NCBI GenBank assembly: GCA_046160245.1
Contig: JBJXGU010000322.1
Location: forward strand, 1-49,420
Length of the DNA stretch: 49,420 nt
DNA from: Bacteroidia bacterium
Lineage (GTDB): Bacteria; Bacteroidota; Bacteroidia; AKYH767-A; OLB10
Reading direction: 5' to 3'
Part shown: piece after piece, positions 20,294 through 30,361 of the stretch
Position numbering within the stretch: position 1 is the stretch's first letter
Layout of the letters: every line of letters begins with the position of its first letter
Notes under the pieces: generated by a model
Databases searched by the model: none
Told to the model about the DNA's origin: nothing
Seen by the model: only the letters and a program-made list of their open reading frames with translations
Program-made: the position numbers and the translations under genes

Positions 20294-20346
20294 AGAATAG
20301 GAGAATAGGAGATCGCGAGGTTTCGCGAGGAGAGTAGGAGAATGGG
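20294..20346. repeat. Purine-rich octamer repeats (AGAATAGG x2, AGAGTAGG, AGAATGGG) flanking a duplicated TCGCGAGG
   Basis: Read directly: agaatagg agaatagg agatcgcgagg tttcgcgagg agagtagg agaatggg. Confidence 0.8.
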
Positions 20347-20539
20347 GGGTTATTGTGAGATATAATTATCGGCAATCAATCATAATAAATCTTAATAATC
20401 ATAATATATCTGTGTTCCATCGATTCATTCTAATTCCTAAAATTTAATTTGATAATTAAAATCAACTTTAAATTTACCCATAAACCATACATTGTCAGTA
20501 ATATAGTATTTTTACTTTCATCTAAATTTCGCCTATTAA

Positions 20540-22273
<1,734 letters not shown>

Positions 22274-22312
22274 ATATGAGGTTGTAAGTGGCTCCATCCC
22301 CTTCGGATTGTG

Positions 22313-22320
22313 TACTTTTG
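22313..22320 (+). promoter_or_regulatory. Candidate -7 box TACTTTTG for yidC
   Basis: Perfect TAnnTTTG 19 nt upstream of the ATG at 22339. Confidence 0.45.
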
Positions 22321-22338
22321 CGCCTTAATTTACCCTGA

Positions 22339-24219
22339 ATGGATCGTCAATCAATGCTTGGCCTATTTCTTATAGGCCTGATACTTATCGGTTTTAGTGT
22401 TTTAAACGCACCCAGCGATGAAGAAATCGCAAATCTTAAAAAACAACAAGACAGTATTGCTCTCGTTAACCAACAAGAAGCAATTGCTAAGGCCGCGAAT
22501 TTAAAGGCAGTTCAACAAAAACAGAATGCCCCGTTGGATGTGGTTTTGAATGATACGTTGTTGAACGATTCGCTCAAGCAATTAAAAGCTCAAGATCTAT
22601 TAGGTGATTTTGCCTCCGCTGCTTCCGGACAAGAAGAATTGGTAACGATTGAGAATAATCTCATGAAGGTTACGCTTACATCGAAAGGTGGTCGCGTAAA
22701 AGTAGTAGAGCTTAAATCCTATAAAACAGCAGAAGGTAAACCTGTTCGACTTTTTGAAAGTGATTCGTCGAGTTTTGGATTGAATTTCTTTGCTCAAAAC
22801 AGAAGCGTTTCTACCAACAATTTGTATTTCCAACCTCAAGGTAAAGGCTTTGTTGTGACAGGAAAAGATAGTTCAGTCTTTTCGTACCGCCTAAATGCGG
22901 GTAGCCCCGACCGTTATATTGAGTATCAATATTCATTAACAGCAGATAAATATATCCTTGGCTTTAATGTAAATTTTGTTGGTGTAAATGAAGTGATCGC
23001 CAGTAATGCATCTTATGTGGAGTTGAATTGGTCACAGCAAATTCAGAAACAAGAGAAGGATATGACTGCTGAGCGTATCAACTCTACCATCTATTACATG
23101 TTTGCGGATGAAGATAAAGAAGTAGATTACCTCAGTGAGACCGAAAATGAATCTGAAGAAATTAAAACAAAGTTGAAATGGGTTTCTATGAAGCAACAGT
23201 TTTTCACTCAAGTGTTGGTTGCTCAAAAATCATTCGATAAGCCTACCCGAATTGAAACCATTTCTGGAGAAGAAGGGGATAGTTTCGTTAAGCAAATGAA
23301 CGTATCGTTCACTTTACCTTACGCGCATAGCCAGCGTGAAAATTTTGCAATGCATTTTTATATTGGACCTAACCATTATCAGTTATTAAAGAAATCCGGA
23401 GATGATCTTCAAAAGCAAATTCCTTTAGGATGGGGAATTTTTGGATGGGTGAATCGATATTTAGTAATTCCGATTTTTAACTTTTTGAATAGTTTCAATC
23501 TTAACTATGGAATTATCATTCTCATCTTGACCATTGCCATTAAAATTATGCTTTTGCCGCTTACTTATAAAGCGTATCTCTCTCAGGCTAAAATGAAAGT
23601 TTTGAAACCTGAGATAGAGGAAATTCAAGCGAAGAATAAGGAAGAGCCGATGAAGTTGCAACAAGAAATGATGGGGCTTTATAAGAAGGCTGGCGTAAGT
23701 CCTTTAGGTGGTTGTTTGCCCATGCTATTGCAAATGCCTATCTTGATTGCTATGTTTCGATTTTTTCCGCAGTCGATCGAACTTCGACAAGAAGGTTTTC
23801 TATGGGCAAAAGATTTAAGTACTTACGATTCCATCTTAGATCTTCCATTTCACATTTGGGGTTACGGCGATCACGTTAGTTTATGGACATTGTTAATGAC
23901 CATCTCTACTTTGATTATTACCAAAGTAAATTCAGGTGCAGCCATGACGAATCCACAAATGAAGTGGATGATGTATTTGATGCCAATCGTATTTTTAGGG
24001 GTGTTTAATAACTATTCGGCTGGATTAAGTTACTATTATTTCCTTGCCAATATGATCAGTGTGGGTCAGCAATATTTGTTTAAGTCTTTTGTGGATGAAG
24101 ATGCAATTCATCGCAAAATACAAGAGAATAAAAAGCGTCCGGTAAGTCAAACTAAATCTAAATTTCAACAGCGCCTTGAGAAAATGGCAAAGGAGAAAGG
24201 CTATAAAATGCCGAAATAG
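22339..24219 (+). CDS. yidC: Membrane protein insertase YidC
   Basis: 626 aa. N-terminal anchor, large periplasmic domain, conserved C-terminal 5-TM core (GCLPMLLQMPILIAMF). Confidence 0.95.
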   Translation: MDRQSMLGLFLIGLILIGFSVLNAPSDEEIANLKKQQDSIALVNQQEAIAKAANLKAVQQKQNAPLDVVLNDTLLNDSLKQLKAQDLLGDFASAASGQEELVTIENNLMKVTLTSKGGRVKVVELKSYKTAEGKPVRLFESDSSSFGLNFFAQNRSVSTNNLYFQPQGKGFVVTGKDSSVFSYRLNAGSPDRYIEYQYSLTADKYILGFNVNFVGVNEVIASNASYVELNWSQQIQKQEKDMTAERINSTIYYMFADEDKEVDYLSETENESEEIKTKLKWVSMKQQFFTQVLVAQKSFDKPTRIETISGEEGDSFVKQMNVSFTLPYAHSQRENFAMHFYIGPNHYQLLKKSGDDLQKQIPLGWGIFGWVNRYLVIPIFNFLNSFNLNYGIIILILTIAIKIMLLPLTYKAYLSQAKMKVLKPEIEEIQAKNKEEPMKLQQEMMGLYKKAGVSPLGGCLPMLLQMPILIAMFRFFPQSIELRQEGFLWAKDLSTYDSILDLPFHIWGYGDHVSLWTLLMTISTLIITKVNSGAAMTNPQMKWMMYLMPIVFLGVFNNYSAGLSYYYFLANMISVGQQYLFKSFVDEDAIHRKIQENKKRPVSQTKSKFQQRLEKMAKEKGYKMPK

Positions 24220-24404
24220 TTTTCAAGTGAGTTTTATTTATTTTTAACTTGTGTAAGTTATTGAATTAATGGATACTGTGTCCTGCCTAGGTAATGCGAG
24301 TAACTGTGTACTACGTAGGTCAAGGCCGAAGTAGTAAAACATCAAAGTAATTAACAGCTCTAATAAATAATATGTAATGTCACCTATGTAATGAACTAAG
24401 CAGG

Positions 24405-24935
24405 ATGAAGAATAAAATAGTATTGTTATTCGGATGGTTTTCTTTCGCCTTGTTGTTGGCGTTGTCTTCGTGCAAATCTCAAAAAACGACACCTGCAACG
24501 GAGAATGTTTCTGTCATGGAGGCTTCTTCAGCCGATTCGTTATTGGTTAAGATCAAGCGCGAAGCCTGCTTTGGTCGATGTCCCCAGTATTATGCCACCG
24601 TTTATAAATCAGGTTTTGCAGAATATTATGGAGAGATGAATGTGAAGAAAGTGGGACCATGGTACGCGCGATTGTCGAGTGAGCAACTTACTTATTTGCT
24701 TGAGGCAATTCGTGAAAATAAAATGGAGGCCATGGATTCGTCTTATTCTAATCCATACCTTGCTGACTTTCCTGCCTATTCTTTATGGGTGGCAGATAAA
24801 AAACCGAGAAAGAAAATTTTGTTGAATCATGAATCTCCACCAGTGCCTATCACTGAGTTTACTCAGGTGTTTGAAGAATTATTGGATCAGTTGCGATGGG
24901 AACATCATCCTAAAGCTCGAAAGGATGAAGAATAA
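24405..24935 (+). CDS. Hypothetical lipoprotein (CFGRCPQY motif, possibly DUF6438-like)
   Basis: 176 aa. Lipobox LALSSC. The CxGxCP motif is recalled from the DUF6438 family, so this assignment is tentative. Confidence 0.55.
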   Translation: MKNKIVLLFGWFSFALLLALSSCKSQKTTPATENVSVMEASSADSLLVKIKREACFGRCPQYYATVYKSGFAEYYGEMNVKKVGPWYARLSSEQLTYLLEAIRENKMEAMDSSYSNPYLADFPAYSLWVADKKPRKKILLNHESPPVPITEFTQVFEELLDQLRWEHHPKARKDEE

Positions 24936-24992
24936 TTCTTTAGAGCATTGATTTTTCAAGTTTATTTTGTGAATGGGTTGGGCATAAAATCG

Positions 24993-25000
24993 TAATTTTG
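24993..25000 (+). promoter_or_regulatory. Candidate -7 box TAATTTTG for hppD
   Basis: Perfect TAnnTTTG 21 nt upstream of the ATG at 25021. Confidence 0.45.
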
Positions 25001-25020
25001 TAGCTATAAACAAGAATATC

Positions 25021-26115
25021 ATGTCTACCGACTTCCTTCCTCTAAATGGTACCGATCACATTGAATTTTATGTAGGTAATGCCAAACAATCTGCTTATTA
25101 TTATCAGCATGCATTTGGCTTTCAGTTGATTGCCTATGCTGGTCCGGAAACGGGCGTTCGCGATAGAGCTTCTTATGTTTTGCAACAAGGTAAAGTTCGC
25201 TTTGTCCTAACCACCGCTCTTCATCCTAATCATGAAATCACTCAGCACGTTGCAAATCATGGTGACGGAGTAAAAGTGTTAGCACTCTGGGTAGATGATG
25301 CCGAGAAATCTTTTTATGAAACGATGGCGAGAGGAGCCAAAGCGCATACAGAACCGCATACGATTTCAGATGATTTAGGTGAAGTGAAAATTTCGGCGAT
25401 CCATACTTACGGTGAAACCATTCATAAGTTTGTCGAAAGGAAAAATTATAAAGGAGTTTTTCTACCCGGATATAAAGCCATTTCTTCCTCATCAAAATCT
25501 ACTCCTGTAGGATTTGAATATATTGATCATTGCGTCGGAAATGTAGAGTTAGGTAAGATGAATGATTGGGTGAAGTTTTATGAAGATGTGATGGGCTTCA
25601 AAATGATTCTTACGTTTGATGATAAGGATATCAGCACGGAGTACAGTGCGCTGATGTCGAAAGTAGTTTCTAACGGTAACGGGTATGTGAAATTTCCTAT
25701 TAATGAACCCGCAGAAGGAAAAAAGAAATCGCAAATCGACGAGTATCTTGAATTTTATCACGGTGCAGGAGTACAACACATTGCAATCGCTACCGGCAAT
25801 ATTATTGAAACAGTAAGTATGTTGAAAGAACGTGGCGTAGAATTTTTGCAAGTCCCCATGACTTATTACGACGATCTTAAAACAAGAATTGGAAAAATTG
25901 ACGAGGATATGGATGACCTAGCCAAATTGGGCATCCTGGTGGATCGTGATGATGAGGGTTACTTGCTGCAATTATTTACCAAGCCGGTCGAAGATCGCCC
26001 AACTGTCTTTTTTGAAATTATTCAACGTAAAGGCGCTCGCTCCTTCGGTAAAGGCAATTTTAAAGCTTTGTTTGAAGCCATCGAAAGAGAACAAGCCCTT
26101 AGAGGAAATTTATAA
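25021..26115 (+). CDS. hppD: 4-hydroxyphenylpyruvate dioxygenase
   Basis: 364 aa. Two VOC-fold halves, GAGVQHIAI, FFEIIQRKGARSFGKGNFKALFEAIEREQ C-terminal signature. Confidence 0.95.
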   Translation: MSTDFLPLNGTDHIEFYVGNAKQSAYYYQHAFGFQLIAYAGPETGVRDRASYVLQQGKVRFVLTTALHPNHEITQHVANHGDGVKVLALWVDDAEKSFYETMARGAKAHTEPHTISDDLGEVKISAIHTYGETIHKFVERKNYKGVFLPGYKAISSSSKSTPVGFEYIDHCVGNVELGKMNDWVKFYEDVMGFKMILTFDDKDISTEYSALMSKVVSNGNGYVKFPINEPAEGKKKSQIDEYLEFYHGAGVQHIAIATGNIIETVSMLKERGVEFLQVPMTYYDDLKTRIGKIDEDMDDLAKLGILVDRDDEGYLLQLFTKPVEDRPTVFFEIIQRKGARSFGKGNFKALFEAIEREQALRGNL

Positions 26116-26136
26116 ATTACTTTAAATCAAGATAAT

Positions 26137-26168
26137 AGCCGAATCTTATTCCAGATTCGGCTTTTTTT
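26137..26168 (+). terminator. Rho-independent terminator after hppD
   Basis: AGCCGAATCT (26137-26146) pairs with AGATTCGGCT (26153-26162), followed by T7. Confidence 0.8.
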
Positions 26169-26271
26169 GCATCTCTAATGAAGTGGAAGGGAAGTTGGTT
26201 GTTTTAGAATCCGATGGAAAACCTTTTCTCTGAAATAAGAGTATAAGATGGCATAAAACAATAAGCCCATC

Positions 26272-28221
26272 ATGGCAAGAAAAAATTTACGTCAGCAATC
26301 TGCACTTAAGACAAAACTTCGTATAACTTTTGTTGCAACCACCGCCGCTATTTCAGGGTTGGTCGTTTTACTAATAGTAGTTTTCAATCTTACGAAAAAG
26401 GAAGAGGGGCGCGCAGCTACATCAATGACTTACAAACAAGCCACAACTTTTCAAGATACAACGGGCATATTGAGAGGAAGCATAAATCAAAAGGTAATTG
26501 GAGTGATGGTGGAAGCGAGTGGTAAAGGAACTCCTGTAAAAATAAATTCTTTTACATTTTCTGCCAATGGGACTTCAATGCCTATTGAGCAAAATATCGA
26601 AAATGCTCGTTTGTGGTATACAGGAAATGATCCTGATTTTTCTATTCAACAAATTGTGGGGGCTACCATAACGACTATTAACGACAAGCCATTTGTGTTT
26701 TCTGCAAGCCAAACTTTATTGCCCGGAAAAAATTTCTTTTGGTTAACGTTTGATGTACTTTCCAATGCGAATTCAACGCCTGGAACAGTAGATGCCATAT
26801 GTAAAGAAATTCGAATTGGTGCTATTTCTTATTTACCTGTAGTAGGTGATCCAATCGGAAAACGATTTGTACAATCGAATATTCCCTTTTATTCAATGGG
26901 TAATTTTTCGTTGAGTAAAGTGAATTCTTGGAATTCAAAGAGAGATGGGTCTGGTTTACCTCCCCGCCAAATGAATGAAGTCCGCAATAGTTATTTTATC
27001 CAAGCAGGACATCGAATGATTAGCAGTACGGGTTCTAATTTGCAAACGTTAGTCATCGAAAAAGGGGGTGAATTACGAATTACATCACCGTTAAGACTAA
27101 ATGCAATGTATGTTGCTTTTGGTGGCGTTGTTCAGATGGATACTTCCATTAATGATTTTTACTCATTCAATGAATTTTATATGGACAATGGTGCCATGTA
27201 TATTCATAATAGTACAGGATGGTTCCCAGGTTTAAAAAATTCCTTGTGTCCGAAGTCAACTCAATTATTTTTCAATTATGGTAACAATACTTTCCGACCT
27301 GAAATTAATTTTGGGAATCTGGTTTTAGATGCAGCTAATGTTTCTTCCATCGATTTGGGAGGAAAAATAGAACAAATTCAAGGTGATTTCGAAATTAGGA
27401 AGACCGGAAAAGATAATTCAGGCGTTTTCTTTTCTGGAAATGGTAGCTTAAATATTCAAGGAAGCTTTATTCAGATGGGCGGACTATTTTTAGGTGCTTC
27501 CAATGGGAATTTAACGTGTTCGGTCGCACAAGATTTTATTTTGAAAGGTGGTGAATTCAACGATACGAAAATGGATCAATCAAAACAAAAGGCATCCTTA
27601 AAGTTGAATGTTAAGGAAGATGTCATTTTATTGAATGGTGTTTTCAATACGGATAAAAGTGCCACTTCTGAATTTATTATGTCTGGAGTAGGAACTTCCA
27701 GATGGATACAAAAACCCATGTGTAAGACATCTCTTGGTCATGTTACTGTTGCCAATAATCATGTCTTGCAAGTTAAAGGCGAAACATTTGGTGATATTTC
27801 AAAAGGGTACTCCTTTAAGATAAGTGAAGGCGCTGAATTTTATTGTGAGAAAGTAGTGGTGAAAGGGGAGGGAGCCTTTGTTCTGGAAAATAATGCTTTG
27901 CTTGCTATTGGTCACCCGGAAGGAATTTATTCGGATGGACCTAAAGGAAATATCCAAACCAAAGAAAGATACTTCAACTCAGGCGCAACATATTACTATT
28001 ATATGAATTCCAATCCGCAAGAAACAGGTGTATTCCAAACGCAACCTAAACAGAATGTAATTGGAATGTTAGTAGTAAATAAATCGAGCACTTCTCAAGT
28101 GCTAAACTTGTCGCAAAACTTTATCATTGAAAGCCCATGTAAAGTAACCTTAGGGGATATTCGAAGTAATGGATTTGAGTTAAAAGTGAAGGAAGCAACC
28201 TCCACAGCAAAATTGAACTAG
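26272..28221 (+). CDS. Signal-anchored hypothetical surface or periplasmic protein with an N-terminal beta-sandwich-like domain and beta-helix-like repeats
   Basis: 649 aa. Basic N-terminus plus one TM helix (VATTAAISGLVVLLIVVF). No T9SS CTD and no lipobox. Residues about 60-200 resemble the BNR-neuraminidase-associated N-terminal domain (GKNFFWLTFDV...GTVDA); this is from recollection only. Confidence 0.65.
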   Translation: MARKNLRQQSALKTKLRITFVATTAAISGLVVLLIVVFNLTKKEEGRAATSMTYKQATTFQDTTGILRGSINQKVIGVMVEASGKGTPVKINSFTFSANGTSMPIEQNIENARLWYTGNDPDFSIQQIVGATITTINDKPFVFSASQTLLPGKNFFWLTFDVLSNANSTPGTVDAICKEIRIGAISYLPVVGDPIGKRFVQSNIPFYSMGNFSLSKVNSWNSKRDGSGLPPRQMNEVRNSYFIQAGHRMISSTGSNLQTLVIEKGGELRITSPLRLNAMYVAFGGVVQMDTSINDFYSFNEFYMDNGAMYIHNSTGWFPGLKNSLCPKSTQLFFNYGNNTFRPEINFGNLVLDAANVSSIDLGGKIEQIQGDFEIRKTGKDNSGVFFSGNGSLNIQGSFIQMGGLFLGASNGNLTCSVAQDFILKGGEFNDTKMDQSKQKASLKLNVKEDVILLNGVFNTDKSATSEFIMSGVGTSRWIQKPMCKTSLGHVTVANNHVLQVKGETFGDISKGYSFKISEGAEFYCEKVVVKGEGAFVLENNALLAIGHPEGIYSDGPKGNIQTKERYFNSGATYYYYMNSNPQETGVFQTQPKQNVIGMLVVNKSSTSQVLNLSQNFIIESPCKVTLGDIRSNGFELKVKEATSTAKLN

Positions 28222-28249
28222 TTTCTGTTTTTTCTTCTGAAATCTAATC

Positions 28250-28261
28250 TTTTTTTTTTTT
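28250..28261. repeat. T12 homopolymer tract in the intergenic region
   Basis: Counted directly: 12 consecutive T between the 649-aa gene and the alpha-oxoamine synthase gene. Confidence 0.9.
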
Positions 28262-28437
28262 AAGTTTCCAATTTCTGGGTCAATGTTTCTATGTAATTCA
28301 ATGTAGTATTCAATTAACATCATTAGGTTAATAACTGTCTGCTGTGATCTATAATTAATTCCATCTCTCAACTAATTTTATCAGTGGTAGTATAGGATGG
28401 ATCTATCATATACTGCTTCAAAAAAAAAGAAAAAGAT

Positions 28438-29727
28438 ATGGAAATTGGCAACAGTGTAAAAAGTAAGCACGAACAAATTCTTGAATTGTTAGACGAAGTT
28501 TCTATCTCCGGAAAAAAGTTAGGAATTATTTTGCAAACGGTGGAAGATGACGAATTTGATGGTCGTCATGTGACACTAAAAGGAAAAAAACTGAAGAATT
28601 TTAGTTCCTGCAGTTACCTCGGTCTTGATCTTGATCAACGCTTAATGGGTGGAGCAATTGATGCAATTACTCGTTTCGGTGTACAATTTTCTTCTTCACG
28701 CTCGTATCTCTCATCGCCTTTGTATGGTGAGTTAGAAGAAAAATTAGCTATAATATTTGATGCGCCTGCCGCTGTTTTTAACACCACTACACTCGGGCAT
28801 TTAAGCAATCTTCCAATTCTTATAGGAGATGAAGATGCAATCATAATGGATGTTAGCGTTCATTCAAGTGTTCAAATGGCTGTTTCCTTATTGAAGGAAA
28901 GAAATATTCATGTGGAAATTATTCGTCACAATCGACTGGACTTATTGGAAGATCGTGTAAAGGAATTAAGCGTAACTCATAAGAAAATTTGGTACTTGTC
29001 TGACGGAGTTTATTCCATGTTTGGAGATCTTGCTCCCGTAAAAGATATTGTTAAGTTGATGGATATTTATGAGCAACTTCATTTGTACATCGATGATGCT
29101 CATGGAATGAGTTGGTCGGGTGAAAATGGTTCAGGATACGTAAGAAGTGAAGTGCCTAAACATGAGCGTATGTATTTAACAACTTCATTGGGTAAAGCAT
29201 TTGGAGCTAGTGGCGGTGTAATGATTTTCCCAAATGATGAAGAGTTTCGTCGCGTACATGATTATGGGAAAACATCAATTTTTTCGATTCAAATTCCACC
29301 TCCTATTCTAGGAGCCGCAGTAGCCTCCGCAAAAATTCATTTGTCTTCGGAAATTTATACGCTTCAAAAACAACTGCAAGACCGAATTAAATATTTTAAT
29401 CAAACAGCGAAGCTGCTCGAAATCCCAATGATTTCAGATGATATTTCCCCAGTGAAATTTGTGTGCTTGGGTAAACCTCAAATGGGTTATAATATGGTAA
29501 GCCGACTTATTAATAATGGCTATTATGTAAACCTATCAGTCTTCCCTTCCGTTTCTTATAATAATACAGGAATGAGAATTCCGCTTTCGTTACATATGAA
29601 TAAAGAGGACATTAATGGATTATTGAATCAAATCGCTCAACAATTGCCATTAGCTATGACGGATACCGGAACTTCAATGAAAGAGATTAACAGGTATTTT
29701 AAAATGGACAAACGTCAAAAGGTCTAA
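28438..29727 (+). CDS. PLP-dependent alpha-oxoamine synthase family enzyme (BioF/Kbl/SPT/CqsA superfamily); substrate unknown
   Basis: 429 aa. SYLGL, VHSS, DGVYSMFGD and DDAHG motifs, plus TSLGKAFGASGG with the presumed PLP lysine K253 (29194-29196). Confidence 0.85.
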   Translation: MEIGNSVKSKHEQILELLDEVSISGKKLGIILQTVEDDEFDGRHVTLKGKKLKNFSSCSYLGLDLDQRLMGGAIDAITRFGVQFSSSRSYLSSPLYGELEEKLAIIFDAPAAVFNTTTLGHLSNLPILIGDEDAIIMDVSVHSSVQMAVSLLKERNIHVEIIRHNRLDLLEDRVKELSVTHKKIWYLSDGVYSMFGDLAPVKDIVKLMDIYEQLHLYIDDAHGMSWSGENGSGYVRSEVPKHERMYLTTSLGKAFGASGGVMIFPNDEEFRRVHDYGKTSIFSIQIPPPILGAAVASAKIHLSSEIYTLQKQLQDRIKYFNQTAKLLEIPMISDDISPVKFVCLGKPQMGYNMVSRLINNGYYVNLSVFPSVSYNNTGMRIPLSLHMNKEDINGLLNQIAQQLPLAMTDTGTSMKEINRYFKMDKRQKV

Positions 29728-29746
29728 AAAAGATCAAAATAATACA

Positions 29747-29791
29747 AGGATTTATTGTTAAAATCTAATTTTAGCAATAAATCCTTTTTTT
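29747..29791. terminator. Bidirectional hairpin terminator between convergent genes
   Basis: AAGGATTTATTG (29747-29758) pairs with CAATAAATCCTT (29775-29786), followed by a T-run that overlaps the stop codon of the minus-strand gene. Confidence 0.6.
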
Positions 29792-30218
29792 ATGGCCAAA
29801 CGCAAATTTTCCAAAAATTGGATAAAGTCATGAATGTGTTCTCAAATTGGCTAATGTCTACAGGCTTTACAAAGTACCCAGCTACATTATGTTCATAAGC
29901 TTCTTTTCGATCATAATCATCATTAGACGTAGTCAAAACAAAAACACTGATGAAACTAATCGATGGATCGCTCCTCAGTTCTTTTAAAAACTCCAATCCA
30001 TTCATTTTTGGCATATTGATGTCAAGCAAAATTACCTGAGGTAAATGCTCCAACTTCTCTTTTCCATTGGTCCCCCGAAGCACATCCAAAGCTTCTTCGC
30101 CATTAGAAGCATGCAATAAATTATTAGTGAGATTGAGTCGTTTAATTACTCTCTCAATAACCATTTTGTCTACTTGATCATCCTCTACATGAAGAATAGT
30201 AATAGTTTGTTCGCTCAT
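29790..30218 (-). CDS. Receiver-only response regulator (CheY/Rcp1-like)
   Basis: 142 aa. Acidic pocket EDD, phosphoacceptor in LLDINMPKMNG, TTS and KP motifs. No output domain. Confidence 0.9.
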   Translation of the reverse strand: MSEQTITILHVEDDQVDKMVIERVIKRLNLTNNLLHASNGEEALDVLRGTNGKEKLEHLPQVILLDINMPKMNGLEFLKELRSDPSISFISVFVLTTSNDDYDRKEAYEHNVAGYFVKPVDISQFENTFMTLSNFWKICVWP

Positions 30219-30361
30219 AGCTTATTTTTTATAAGTATTGTAACAACTAAAGCTAATGTTCGTACACAACATTAGTGAATATTCTTTTTATGGTATTCTG
30301 CGTTGTCAAATGTAGAATTAATAAAACAAACAAAAAAGGGCTAAGCGGTTAAGAAATTAAA

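Noticed and set aside
24244-24498. 84-aa minus-strand ORF in the yidC-downstream intergenic region
   Set aside because: It overlaps the start of the plus-strand lipoprotein gene, has odd composition and has no promoter motif. Judged spurious.
28180-28371. 63-aa minus-strand ORF across the T12-containing intergenic region
   Set aside because: Its poly-lysine stretch simply reflects the T12/A12 tract, and it overlaps the end of the 649-aa gene.
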